Shown in pieces: positions 19,329 to 28,241 of a stretch of 64,000 nt of DNA (position 1 is its first letter; every line of letters starts with the position of its first letter). Under the pieces are notes generated by a model that searched no databases, had not been told where the DNA came from, and saw nothing but the letters and a program-made list of their open reading frames with translations. The position numbers were made by a program, and so were the translations under genes. The stretch lies in NCBI GenBank assembly GCA_045631185.1, contig JAZQUH010000039.1:9522-73521 (forward strand), in the 5' to 3' direction. The DNA is from Alphaproteobacteria bacterium (GTDB taxonomy: Bacteria > Pseudomonadota > Alphaproteobacteria > CAAHEQ01 > UBA3637).

Positions 19329-19939
19329 TTTTAAAACGTATTTTATCGACACATATCAAATCAAATCTGATATATGCTACAAAAAACAATGCTTTTTATA
19401 AGGATATGTATTCATCCTTTGGCTTAAAAGAAGCCTTGGTGCATCCCAAATTATATGACTGTCTGATTCGGTTGGAACCATTATTGGCATCCAAATCATT
19501 GATATTGGTTATTTATGATGCGTTCAGGCCGTTGGCTATTCAAAAATTTATGTATGAAACAGCTCCCGATTATTTAAAGCCTTATATCGCACCACCGCCT
19601 AAACCCGATTCCAAACGTGGGTTTCATCCCCGTGGTGTAGCCATAGATTGTTATTTGACAGATACGCAGGGCAATATACTTTCTTTTCCGACAGAACCGG
19701 ATGCTTTTTATCCCGGATATGAAAAAGACAATAATTATCCGAAGTATTTGAAAAAATGCCATCGTGATTACAATGGGTCGGATATAAATGAAGAACAAAA
19801 AAATAATCGTGCCCTTTTGGAATCAATGATGGCATCTGTTGGATTGGAAGGATTGCCCCATGAATGGTGGCATTTTAACCTGCCCAACGCATGGGAATAT
19901 CCGTTGATTGAATCTTTGGAAAAAGTGGATATTGAATAA
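19325..19939 (+). CDS. M15 family (VanX/DdpX-like) D-Ala-D-Ala dipeptidase
   Basis: IYDAFRP, GFHPRGVAID, EWWHF; ATGA overlap with the upstream gene. Confidence 0.9.
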   Translation: MILKRILSTHIKSNLIYATKNNAFYKDMYSSFGLKEALVHPKLYDCLIRLEPLLASKSLILVIYDAFRPLAIQKFMYETAPDYLKPYIAPPPKPDSKRGFHPRGVAIDCYLTDTQGNILSFPTEPDAFYPGYEKDNNYPKYLKKCHRDYNGSDINEEQKNNRALLESMMASVGLEGLPHEWWHFNLPNAWEYPLIESLEKVDIE

Positions 19940-19968
19940 CTATTGATTATAGATTATTCTCTTTTTAT

Positions 19969-20571
19969 TTATTTAAGATTTGCATTAATTTCATTTATCA
20001 TTAATACAATATTTGTGGTAAATATTTTGACAGCCATTGAAACCAAAATCAAACCGAAGAACTTTTGAAGTGTATACAAAAAACTAGGCCCGATAATTTT
20101 GTTGATTTTTTTTAGCCCTTTTAGGATAGCAAAGATAATTATTGCATTTAATAAACAGGCGATTAAAATATTGATGCTTTGATATTGGGCCCGCAAACTG
20201 ATTAAGGTGGTAAAAGTTCCGGCGCCGATTAAAAGCGGGAAAACAACAGGCATGAAAGTGGTATCCTGTGAGGCACTTTCTTTTGATTTGAAAAAATTCA
20301 TATCTAATATCATCCCCAGACCAATTAAAAAAATCACAAAAGAACCGGCTACGGCAAAGGATGATACAGTAACGCCCAACAAACTTAAAAAGGTGTCACC
20401 GATATAGAAAAAGGAAATTAAAATAAATAATGACATCAATGCGGCTTTTAGTGGATATATAACTTTTCCTTCTTTTTGTAAATTGATAAAAATCGGAATG
20501 TTTCCCAAAGCATTAATGACCGCAAACAAAACAATAAAAGCATTAAAAATTTCGGAATATGAAATGTGCAT
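19969..20571 (-). CDS. MarC family membrane protein
   Basis: LFAVINALGNIPIF; PVVFPLLIGAG; about six TM segments. Confidence 0.92.
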   Translation of the reverse strand: MHISYSEIFNAFIVLFAVINALGNIPIFINLQKEGKVIYPLKAALMSLFILISFFYIGDTFLSLLGVTVSSFAVAGSFVIFLIGLGMILDMNFFKSKESASQDTTFMPVVFPLLIGAGTFTTLISLRAQYQSINILIACLLNAIIIFAILKGLKKINKIIGPSFLYTLQKFFGLILVSMAVKIFTTNIVLMINEINANLK

Positions 20572-20634
20572 AATAAATCTCCTTATAACAAGGGCGGATT
20601 CTAAAATAATTTGATTATTTTTTCAAGTTGTTTT

Positions 20635-22002
20635 TTAATTGTTTCGTTGATTTTTCTGTCTGAAAATCAAATTATGACAAAGATTATCCACAGATGGGAT
20701 TGTTTTTCGTTCTTGTTGTATAATTTTATCCGATTGACCGTGGGCGATAGGATTTCTTTTTAAAAATAATTCTTCAGCATTTTCAACTTCTTTTTTTGAA
20801 AGAAGTTTTTGCTGCATTAAAAATTTAATTTTTTCCTTCGTTGATTTAGATTGTAACTCTTTCGGTAACAATTCGTTGATTGTGGCATCTAATTTGGCAC
20901 TTCTGCGTATAATTTCATAAGAATTATATAATCCTGAAATTTCTTGCAGTTTGAATAAATCAGGAAAAGTTTTGGTATATTCGGATAAAAATTTTCTGTC
21001 AATAAAATGTGTAACAAAATCCATATATAAATCGGCGATTAAAACGTTTGCTTTTTCACCGAAATGAACGGTATTTCTGTCATGTGCTAATTCATTACGG
21101 GCGTTTTCACAGTGAATGTAACCGGTGGCATTGGAAATATAATTAAACTTTTTAGCAAACAAAAAAATGGCATTTTTATTTTGTTTTAACCGTTGTTGTG
21201 CCTGTTGTTTTGTTGGGGCAATATCTTGGTGATGTTCTTGAATTAAAACATCCGTTAAAAAACGACGCGTATTATCGGCCAAATACATAATCAAAGGCGC
21301 ATCACAACCTTTAATGGCTTCTGTTTCTGCGTTTTCATAGGTTCGTGCCATCCAAAATTTTTGCCATTGTTGTTGTGTGTAAGGTGGGGGTGTTTGATTA
21401 TAAAAATCACAGAGCATATTTTCCACTTCCGTCAATCTCATTAATAAATCAGGATTTTTTTTCAATCTGTCCATATTCGGTTGTGCATCTGCAAAATTCG
21501 CCTTGATTAAATAAGGGTGTTTTAGGGAAGTTGCCAAAAATTCACGGGTTGGAACATTTTCTATTAAGGTTAAGGCTTCGTTATTTTTAAAATAAGAAGA
21601 TTGTTTATCTTTGCATATATTGATTAAAAAATCTCTTTTGTGAAAATCGTCCAAACTCATGGCATCGGGCATGATTACTTGAAAAATTTCGTTTTGGTAA
21701 TCTTGTTCTATCAATCTTTGAGCTTCATCATTTAGTTGTTGAAACTGATACCGACAGTATAGCCCCAATGATTGTAAACGTAATGCATATTGTAAAATAT
21801 TTTTTAATCTTGGGTAAAAATTCTTTATTCTGAATGGTACTTTTGTATAAGGGGTCGCCAGTTTTTCAAATTCTTCGGAAGTTAGATTATGGCTTACGGA
21901 AAGGTTTTTATCTTTATCCAAATAAAAACACATATTCTCTGGGGCACCAGAAAATTCAATAACAGGACTTATATGGGATTTAATTTCTTCTTTGCTAATC
22001 AT
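20635..22002 (-). CDS. Protein with two HEPN-like RNxxAH motifs
   Basis: ARNELAHD (21082-21099) and KRNPIAHG (20740-20757), each preceded by a helical segment typical of HEPN domains; start chosen at MISKEE. Confidence 0.7.
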   Translation of the reverse strand: MISKEEIKSHISPVIEFSGAPENMCFYLDKDKNLSVSHNLTSEEFEKLATPYTKVPFRIKNFYPRLKNILQYALRLQSLGLYCRYQFQQLNDEAQRLIEQDYQNEIFQVIMPDAMSLDDFHKRDFLINICKDKQSSYFKNNEALTLIENVPTREFLATSLKHPYLIKANFADAQPNMDRLKKNPDLLMRLTEVENMLCDFYNQTPPPYTQQQWQKFWMARTYENAETEAIKGCDAPLIMYLADNTRRFLTDVLIQEHHQDIAPTKQQAQQRLKQNKNAIFLFAKKFNYISNATGYIHCENARNELAHDRNTVHFGEKANVLIADLYMDFVTHFIDRKFLSEYTKTFPDLFKLQEISGLYNSYEIIRRSAKLDATINELLPKELQSKSTKEKIKFLMQQKLLSKKEVENAEELFLKRNPIAHGQSDKIIQQERKTIPSVDNLCHNLIFRQKNQRNN

Positions 22003-22147
22003 TGTAAAATATAACCAAAATTCAATCAATTATACCATAAAACTACTAATTTTTCAATCTCAATATTCAATACACAAATGTTTTGGATTTTGATTGACTT
22101 TTCTTATTCAACAAATTATGATTATTTTAACAATATCGGAGGCTAAT

Positions 22148-23230
22148 ATGTCTGTATCAAAAATTGTTTTAACCGGGGGACCTTGTGCCGGAAAAACGAC
22201 GGCTCTCAGCATAATCGAACAAAAACTAACCGAAAAAGGATATAAAGTTATCGTTGTTTCGGAATCGGCAACCGAAATGATGCAGTCTGGATTTTCATCA
22301 TCAGATTTAGGGGTTAAAGATTTTGAAAACTATATCATAGATTGGCAAATCGCCAAAGAAAATATCGCCTTTCAGGCCGCCGATCATTTTCAAAAAACAA
22401 TCATCTTACTGGATCGGGGCATTCCTGATTGTATGGCGTATATGAATAAAAATGATTATATAGACGCTTTAAAACGTCATGGTTTATCGTTACAAGAAAC
22501 ACTCAATCGTTATGATGCTGTTTTTCATTTGGTAACAACAGCCGATGGTGCGGAAAAATTTTATACATGTGCTAATAACACTGTCAGAAAAGAAAAAGAT
22601 TTGGAATCTGCCCGCAAATCAGATAAAGCAACACAAAATGCTTACATTGGACATCCGCATTTACGTGTCATTGACAATGAAACAGATTTTTTCGGCAAAA
22701 TCACGAAATTATGTTCGGAAATTTTTAATGCCTTGGGTGAACCCGTTCCTTTGGAAATTGAACGAAAATTTTTAATACAAAAACCGACAGATGAAAAACT
22801 GAAACAATTAGGGGCCGTTGAACAAAAAATTACCCAAGCATATCTAACTCCAAATGGCAAAACAGAACGCAGAATCCGGCAACGCGGAACTGATTCCGAT
22901 TTTACATATTACTATACGGAAAAAACGACTTTATCCGACTTAAAACGAATTGAACGCGAACGCAAGATTACAAAAAATGAATATCTGAATTTGCTGACAG
23001 AAGCGAAAAAAATCTTGCATAAAAATCGTTGGTGTTTTTTGCAAAACGGCTTATATTTTGAATTGGATACATTTGATGATGCTCCTGATAAAGCATTATT
23101 GGAAATAGAATTGAATCAGGAAAACCAACAAATAAAGCTGCCCGATGGGTGCCAAATAATTAAAGAAGTCACAAATGATTCGAATTATCGAAACACAGCC
23201 ATTGCACAAAATGGTTTTCCCAAAGGTTAA
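22148..23230 (+). CDS. P-loop nucleotide-kinase-like (AAA_28/TTD14) domain fused to a CYTH domain
   Basis: VLTGGPCAGKTT, LDRG; C-terminal EIERKFL, RIRQR, ELD, LLEIEL; GGAGG RBS. Confidence 0.9.
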   Translation: MSVSKIVLTGGPCAGKTTALSIIEQKLTEKGYKVIVVSESATEMMQSGFSSSDLGVKDFENYIIDWQIAKENIAFQAADHFQKTIILLDRGIPDCMAYMNKNDYIDALKRHGLSLQETLNRYDAVFHLVTTADGAEKFYTCANNTVRKEKDLESARKSDKATQNAYIGHPHLRVIDNETDFFGKITKLCSEIFNALGEPVPLEIERKFLIQKPTDEKLKQLGAVEQKITQAYLTPNGKTERRIRQRGTDSDFTYYYTEKTTLSDLKRIERERKITKNEYLNLLTEAKKILHKNRWCFLQNGLYFELDTFDDAPDKALLEIELNQENQQIKLPDGCQIIKEVTNDSNYRNTAIAQNGFPKG

Positions 23231-23311
23231 AATGTTTTTTATTAGAAAAGCATCAGAAAAAACAGAGAATTTAAACTTTGTTTTGTAAGACGTAGGGAAG
23301 TACAACTAAAA

Positions 23312-23342
23312 AAAACAGATCGCTTTCGGGCGACCTGTTTTA
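23312..23342. terminator. Probable terminator downstream of tRNA-Ser
   Basis: aaaacagatcgc...gcgacctgtttt imperfect hairpin with an A-tract. Confidence 0.6.
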
Positions 23343-23343
23343 T

Positions 23344-23432
23344 TGGCGGAGCGTACAGGATTTGAACCTGTGCATCCCTTTAACAGGATGACGGATTAGC
23401 AATCCGCTGCATTACCACTCTGCCAACGCTCC
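23344..23432 (-). tRNA. tRNA-Ser (GCT)
   Basis: GGAGCGTTGGCAGAGTGG...GCGGA-TTGCTAA-TCCGT, long variable arm, ...GCCA. Confidence 0.95.
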
Positions 23433-23489
23433 TGAATGGTGATGAGGTCATTTTACCAAACCCCATCACAAATGTCAAGTATTTTTATT

Positions 23490-24023
23490 TTAAAAATCAT
23501 ATGTTCGTCCTTGGTGAATTCCTGCTGTTTTCAAAGATGATTTTGAAGTGTTCTTAACTGAGTGTTTTTTGTTATTGTTTAACTCTTGCAGTCGTTGTTG
23601 TCCTTCGGGAGAATAATAGGAATAATATTTAGCGGTTTTAGAATTTTCTTCCAATCTATTCTCAAGGCTGTGAATTCTATAGCTTTTGGGATTTTTTGCC
23701 TGTAAAGATGCCAAACGTGAGCGCATATTTTTTGTCAATGAATTACGTAAGCGTTGTTCTTGTTGTTGCAAACGTATCAGTCGTGCTTCATAAGCCTCTA
23801 ACGTTTCCCCCTGTTTTGGCATCAAAACACCGCCCTGAAGTTCATAATGATCGACTTTTTGATGATGGGTAACCGAAGAATCTCTGTCACGGCTTGAACT
23901 TCCATACGTATCTGTTGTTTGTGCCTGAGCGCCACCAATGCCAGCCAAAAACGTTGCACCGGCTAACAAAATACTTTTACCAGTCTTGGACATTTTTTTC
24001 AGTTTTTCTTTTAATTTTGACAT
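23490..24023 (-). CDS. Hypothetical basic protein with signal-peptide-like N-terminus
   Basis: Basic N-region, hydrophobic core and AQA cleavage site; own promoter TTGACA-17-TAACCT. Confidence 0.8.
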   Translation of the reverse strand: MSKLKEKLKKMSKTGKSILLAGATFLAGIGGAQAQTTDTYGSSSRDRDSSVTHHQKVDHYELQGGVLMPKQGETLEAYEARLIRLQQQEQRLRNSLTKNMRSRLASLQAKNPKSYRIHSLENRLEENSKTAKYYSYYSPEGQQRLQELNNNKKHSVKNTSKSSLKTAGIHQGRTYDF

Positions 24024-24082
24024 AATCTAACCTTTCCATAGTTTATACGGAAAGGTTAGATTGTTTTTTGTTAAATGTCAAA

Positions 24083-26023
24083 TTATTTCCACAATTCCAA
24101 AGACTGAGTATCATTCACCAAACGAACCATTTCAATGAAATCATCCAAAGAAATGGCGTTCTTTTGATTGCCGGTTCTGTCACGTACAGAAATGGTATCG
24201 GATTCAATTTCTTTATCCCCGATAATAACGGCGTAAGGAATCTTGGCATTATGTGCTTCACGGATTTGATAGCCGATGGTGTTTGATTGACGTTCCATTT
24301 CGGCACGAATGCCCGCACTTTGCAATTTTTTCAAAATCTTGTTTGCGTGTTCACGATGTTTATCCGATACTGGCAACAAACGCACTTGAACAGGACTGAT
24401 CCACACAGGGAAAGCACCGGCAAAGTGTTCTGTCAATACACCCATAAAGCGTTCCAATGATCCATATAATACACGGTGAATCACAACAGGTGTTTTGGCG
24501 TTGCCTTCGTTATCAATGTATTTACAACCGAATCGGCCAGCCAATTGGAAATCCAATTGGAAAGTACCCGTTTGCCATTCACGGCCCAGGGCATCTTTCA
24601 TGGCGATATCTACCTTTGGTCCATAAAAAGCACCATCTTTTTCTTTTAATTTATAATTACCCGCACCGCAGTGTTTATCCAAAATACGCTTTAAGGCAGC
24701 CTCGGCACGATCCCATGTTTCAATATCGCCAATAAAATCATCCGGACGTGTGGATAATTTCATTTCATACTTCAACCCGAATAATTCATAGAATTGATCG
24801 GCCAAAGCAAACAGACGTTCGTATTCTTCCTCAATTTGATCTTCGGTGATAAAGATATGGGCATCATCTTGATGGAATTCACGCACACGGAACATACCGT
24901 TTAAGGCGCCACTGGCTTCATTGCGGTGAATCATATCCACATCGGAAAAACGGATGGGCAGATCCTGATAAGAACGTGTTTTTAAATTAAACAACAACAT
25001 GGTGGACGGACAGCTCATCGGTTTTAAGGCATAGACTTCATTTTCGGCCATTTCGGTTGCCGTCAATAAATACATGTCGTCTTTATAATGCGACCAGTGA
25101 CCGGATGTTTCCCACAAAATACGTGAGTTCATTAAGGGACCCGCAAATTCCTGATAACCGGCTTTTTCGTGTTCTTTACGCCAATAATCCAACAACAGAT
25201 TGTACATCTTTAATCCTTTGGGCAACCAATAAGGGCATCCCGGTGCGGTCGGATCAAAGTAGAATAATTCCAAAGCCTTGCCGATTTTACGGTGATCACG
25301 TTTTTCGGCTTCTTCCAACAAAGTAAAGTAAGCCTTTAAATCTTTATCGTTGAAAAATGCCGTTCCATAGATACGTTGTAAAGATTCACGTGAAGAATCA
25401 CCACGCCAATAAGCGGCCGCCACTTTAGTCAATTTAAATGACTTGCCGACACGTCCTGTGGACATCAAATGCGGACCACGACATAATTCCACATAATCGC
25501 CTTGTGTATAAAGGCTGACTTCTTTTACATCTTCGGGTAAATCGTCAATCAGTTCCACTTTGAAATTTTCACCACGTTGGGTAAAGATTTCTTTGGCCTG
25601 TTCACGTGAAACGACAGAGCGTGTAATCGGTAAATCCTGATTGATGATTTCCGTCATTTTGGCTTCAATTTTCTTCAAATCTTCTTCTTTGAAAATGACG
25701 CCGAAAAAGTCATAATAAAAACCATTTTCAACGGATGGACCAATGGTGGCTTTGGCATTGGGATATAACGCTTCCACCGCCTGGGCCAAAACATGGGCCG
25801 TTGTATGACGCAAAATTTCCAAACTTTCGGGGTTTTTATTTGTCAAGATAGAAACTGTTGCATTGGTTGTGATGGGGGTTGTTAAATCGGTTAAAGCATC
25901 ATTGACTTTGGCCGCGATGGCGGCTTTGGCTAAATTCGGACTAATTTTTTCGGCCACCTGTAAAGCATTGACCGAACCTTCAAAGGGCAATTTTGACCCA
26001 TCAGGCAACATAATTTCAATCAT
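24083..26023 (-). CDS. thrS: Threonine--tRNA ligase
   Basis: TGS domain, LCRGPH, RDHRKIG, SGHW, HQDDAH, GSLERF. Confidence 0.98.
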   Translation of the reverse strand: MIEIMLPDGSKLPFEGSVNALQVAEKISPNLAKAAIAAKVNDALTDLTTPITTNATVSILTNKNPESLEILRHTTAHVLAQAVEALYPNAKATIGPSVENGFYYDFFGVIFKEEDLKKIEAKMTEIINQDLPITRSVVSREQAKEIFTQRGENFKVELIDDLPEDVKEVSLYTQGDYVELCRGPHLMSTGRVGKSFKLTKVAAAYWRGDSSRESLQRIYGTAFFNDKDLKAYFTLLEEAEKRDHRKIGKALELFYFDPTAPGCPYWLPKGLKMYNLLLDYWRKEHEKAGYQEFAGPLMNSRILWETSGHWSHYKDDMYLLTATEMAENEVYALKPMSCPSTMLLFNLKTRSYQDLPIRFSDVDMIHRNEASGALNGMFRVREFHQDDAHIFITEDQIEEEYERLFALADQFYELFGLKYEMKLSTRPDDFIGDIETWDRAEAALKRILDKHCGAGNYKLKEKDGAFYGPKVDIAMKDALGREWQTGTFQLDFQLAGRFGCKYIDNEGNAKTPVVIHRVLYGSLERFMGVLTEHFAGAFPVWISPVQVRLLPVSDKHREHANKILKKLQSAGIRAEMERQSNTIGYQIREAHNAKIPYAVIIGDKEIESDTISVRDRTGNQKNAISLDDFIEMVRLVNDTQSLELWK

Positions 26024-26118
26024 TTTTTTTCCTTTTAATTTTGTTAATGTCAGACAACCCCTGTCCAACGCAAGGATTATTATAGTCTATTTACCCCAAA
26101 AAGTCAAAGATTTTGTTA

Positions 26119-26874
26119 TTATCGGCTTCGCCAAATGGGATTTAACGGTCTGGGTCGGCGTAATGTATTTGGGTGACGTTGTTTTAATTGATGATTTAAA
26201 ATTGCCTGATTGATGATTAGGGCGTTAAAATTTCTCATATCCTGAATCAAAGCCCCATATTGTTTAAATGGTATAATACATTTATTACCATATCTTAAAA
26301 ACCATTGGTTAAAGGCGCTATACACACGATCCGATGGGGCATTTTGGGCGGCCTTTTTTAATGATTTTTGTGCTTTATCATAAAAATCATGATCCTCATA
26401 TAAAACTGGTGATGTACCGCGTTTTAAAATTTCATATCCTTCATTGGGTAAAGCGTTATATTGATTTAAAAAACAAGCCTCGGATAACATGTGGTTGGAT
26501 ACATCATGGGCATTCAATGCCACTTTGTTTGCCAACAAATAAATCAAATTATCATTTTGTTCAACGGGTTGTATTTTACCGGATTTAATAATTTCTTGGG
26601 CTTGTATCATAATTTTTTTATGGTCTTCTTGTGCTAACTTTCTATCCAAATGTTTAATACAAAAATCGTGTAAAGAAGATTCAAAAAAGTCATGAGAAAG
26701 GCTGTCGGCTTTTTCCTTTGGAATATCTCGTCCCTCTTGTAAAATATGGGTTAAAAAGGAAGCCATATTATCATCTTTAAATTTGTTAAAAGTTCCACGA
26801 TAGCCCAACCAAACAGCGGGTAAAACTTCTTTTTTGATATCACAGTCTTCGGGCAATGTTGTTATTTGTGTCAT
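26119..26874 (-). CDS. Hypothetical protein with Arg-rich C-terminus
   Basis: 251-aa ORF with a TTGACA-17-TATAAT promoter at 26901-26929. Confidence 0.8.
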   Translation of the reverse strand: MTQITTLPEDCDIKKEVLPAVWLGYRGTFNKFKDDNMASFLTHILQEGRDIPKEKADSLSHDFFESSLHDFCIKHLDRKLAQEDHKKIMIQAQEIIKSGKIQPVEQNDNLIYLLANKVALNAHDVSNHMLSEACFLNQYNALPNEGYEILKRGTSPVLYEDHDFYDKAQKSLKKAAQNAPSDRVYSAFNQWFLRYGNKCIIPFKQYGALIQDMRNFNALIINQAILNHQLKQRHPNTLRRPRPLNPIWRSR

Positions 26875-26915
26875 AAATAAAGCCTTTCAATAAGGGCTTT
26901 ATTATAGCATAAAAC

Positions 26916-27599
26916 CTAGATTTTGTCAATGTTGATGGCATATCCGGACGAACGAATGGTTCGGATTAAATCGCCGTCATCGGATAAGGCTTTTCGTAAT
27001 CGGCGAATATGAACGTCCACAGTTCTGGATTGTACATGAATATCACCACCCCAAACCATTTGTAATAAATCTTCACGTGAAAAAACATGGCCGGCTTTTT
27101 CCATTAAAACATTTAACAAACGAAATTCGGTCGGTCCCAATTCAATAGGTTGGTTGTTTTTAAAAGCTTGTTGTGATGATAAATTTAATTTTAAAATGCC
27201 GGCCTTTAAAATACGTGTTTTTGTGGATTGTTTTGTGCGGCGCAACAATGCCTGAATCCGGGCCAATAATTCAGGGATAGAGAAAGGTTTTGTCATATAA
27301 TCATCGGCTCCATATGAAAATCCTTTTACTTTATCTGATTCATCGCCACGGGCCGTCAACATAATAACGGGCGTATCTTTAAAACGCACATGACGGCGAA
27401 TCAAACGGCATAAATCCACGCCCGAAACATTGGGTAACATCCAATCCAATAAAATTAAATCAGGTCGTTCTTTTTCCAATGTTTCCATTGCTTTGGCGCC
27501 ATCAAAACAAGTGCAGGTTTCATATTCTTGACGTTCCAAATTATATTGCAATAAAGTCACTAAACCGGGTTCATCTTCAACGATTAAAATTTTCGTCAT
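26916..27599 (-). CDS. phoB: Phosphate regulon response regulator PhoB
   Basis: LLDWMLP, GADDYMTKPFS, LGPTEFRLL, RTVDVHIRRLRKAL. Confidence 0.9.
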   Translation of the reverse strand: MTKILIVEDEPGLVTLLQYNLERQEYETCTCFDGAKAMETLEKERPDLILLDWMLPNVSGVDLCRLIRRHVRFKDTPVIMLTARGDESDKVKGFSYGADDYMTKPFSIPELLARIQALLRRTKQSTKTRILKAGILKLNLSSQQAFKNNQPIELGPTEFRLLNVLMEKAGHVFSREDLLQMVWGGDIHVQSRTVDVHIRRLRKALSDDGDLIRTIRSSGYAINIDKI

Positions 27600-28240
27600 T
27601 TATCCCCCTTTAAGGCTTTAATGGCCTTGGCATATGATTTTTGCCCAAAGATGGCTGTTCCGGCAATCAACACATCCGCACCGGCCAAACGACAGGCTTC
27701 GGCTGTTATCGGATTGATTCCACCATCCACGGCAATCTTGATTTTTTTGGGTTTGATAAGTTCTTTTAATTCCACAATCTTTTTTAATGTTTCTGGGATA
27801 AAAGCCTGGCCCCCGAAACCGGGTTCAACACTCATCAATAAAATCCAATCCAACATGGGCAGATAAGGAATCAAATCCGCCACTTTTGTTTTGGGTTTTA
27901 TGGATAAGCCTGCTTTTTTATTTAAAGATTTGATATGGGAAATTAAATCAGCGGGATTTTCTTCGCATTCCAAATGAACGGTAATTTGATCGGCGCCAGC
28001 CTTGGCACAATCGTCAATCAAACGCATGGGTTTGGCCACCATCAAATGCACGTCAAACGGGATATCTGTATGTGGGCGTAAGGCTTTAATTACCGGTGCA
28101 CCAAAGGTTAAATTCGGCACAAAAACACCATCCATCACATCCCAATGGATATAATCGGCCCCCGCCTTTGAAACCGACTGAATTTCTTTGGCTAAACACG
28201 CAAAGTCAGCAGATAAAAGACTGGGGGCGATTTGAATCAT
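27596..28240 (-). CDS. rpe: Ribulose-phosphate 3-epimerase
   Basis: IAPSLLSADF, HWDVMDG, DVHLM, PGFGGQ, VDGGI. Confidence 0.97.
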   Translation of the reverse strand: MIQIAPSLLSADFACLAKEIQSVSKAGADYIHWDVMDGVFVPNLTFGAPVIKALRPHTDIPFDVHLMVAKPMRLIDDCAKAGADQITVHLECEENPADLISHIKSLNKKAGLSIKPKTKVADLIPYLPMLDWILLMSVEPGFGGQAFIPETLKKIVELKELIKPKKIKIAVDGGINPITAEACRLAGADVLIAGTAIFGQKSYAKAIKALKGDK

Positions 28241-28241
28241 G

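Noticed and set aside
19325-19939. Vancomycin resistance cluster
   Set aside because: Only a VanX-like gene is present, with no vanH/vanA/vanRS, in an LPS-bearing organism
20635-22147. Cas13-like CRISPR effector call for the dual-HEPN protein
   Set aside because: No array or cas genes are in the flanks and the protein is much shorter than typical Cas13; kept only as a HEPN finding
26024-26080. Anticodon-mimic operator upstream of thrS
   Set aside because: A hairpin is present but its loop is not a Thr anticodon-like loop; not supportable
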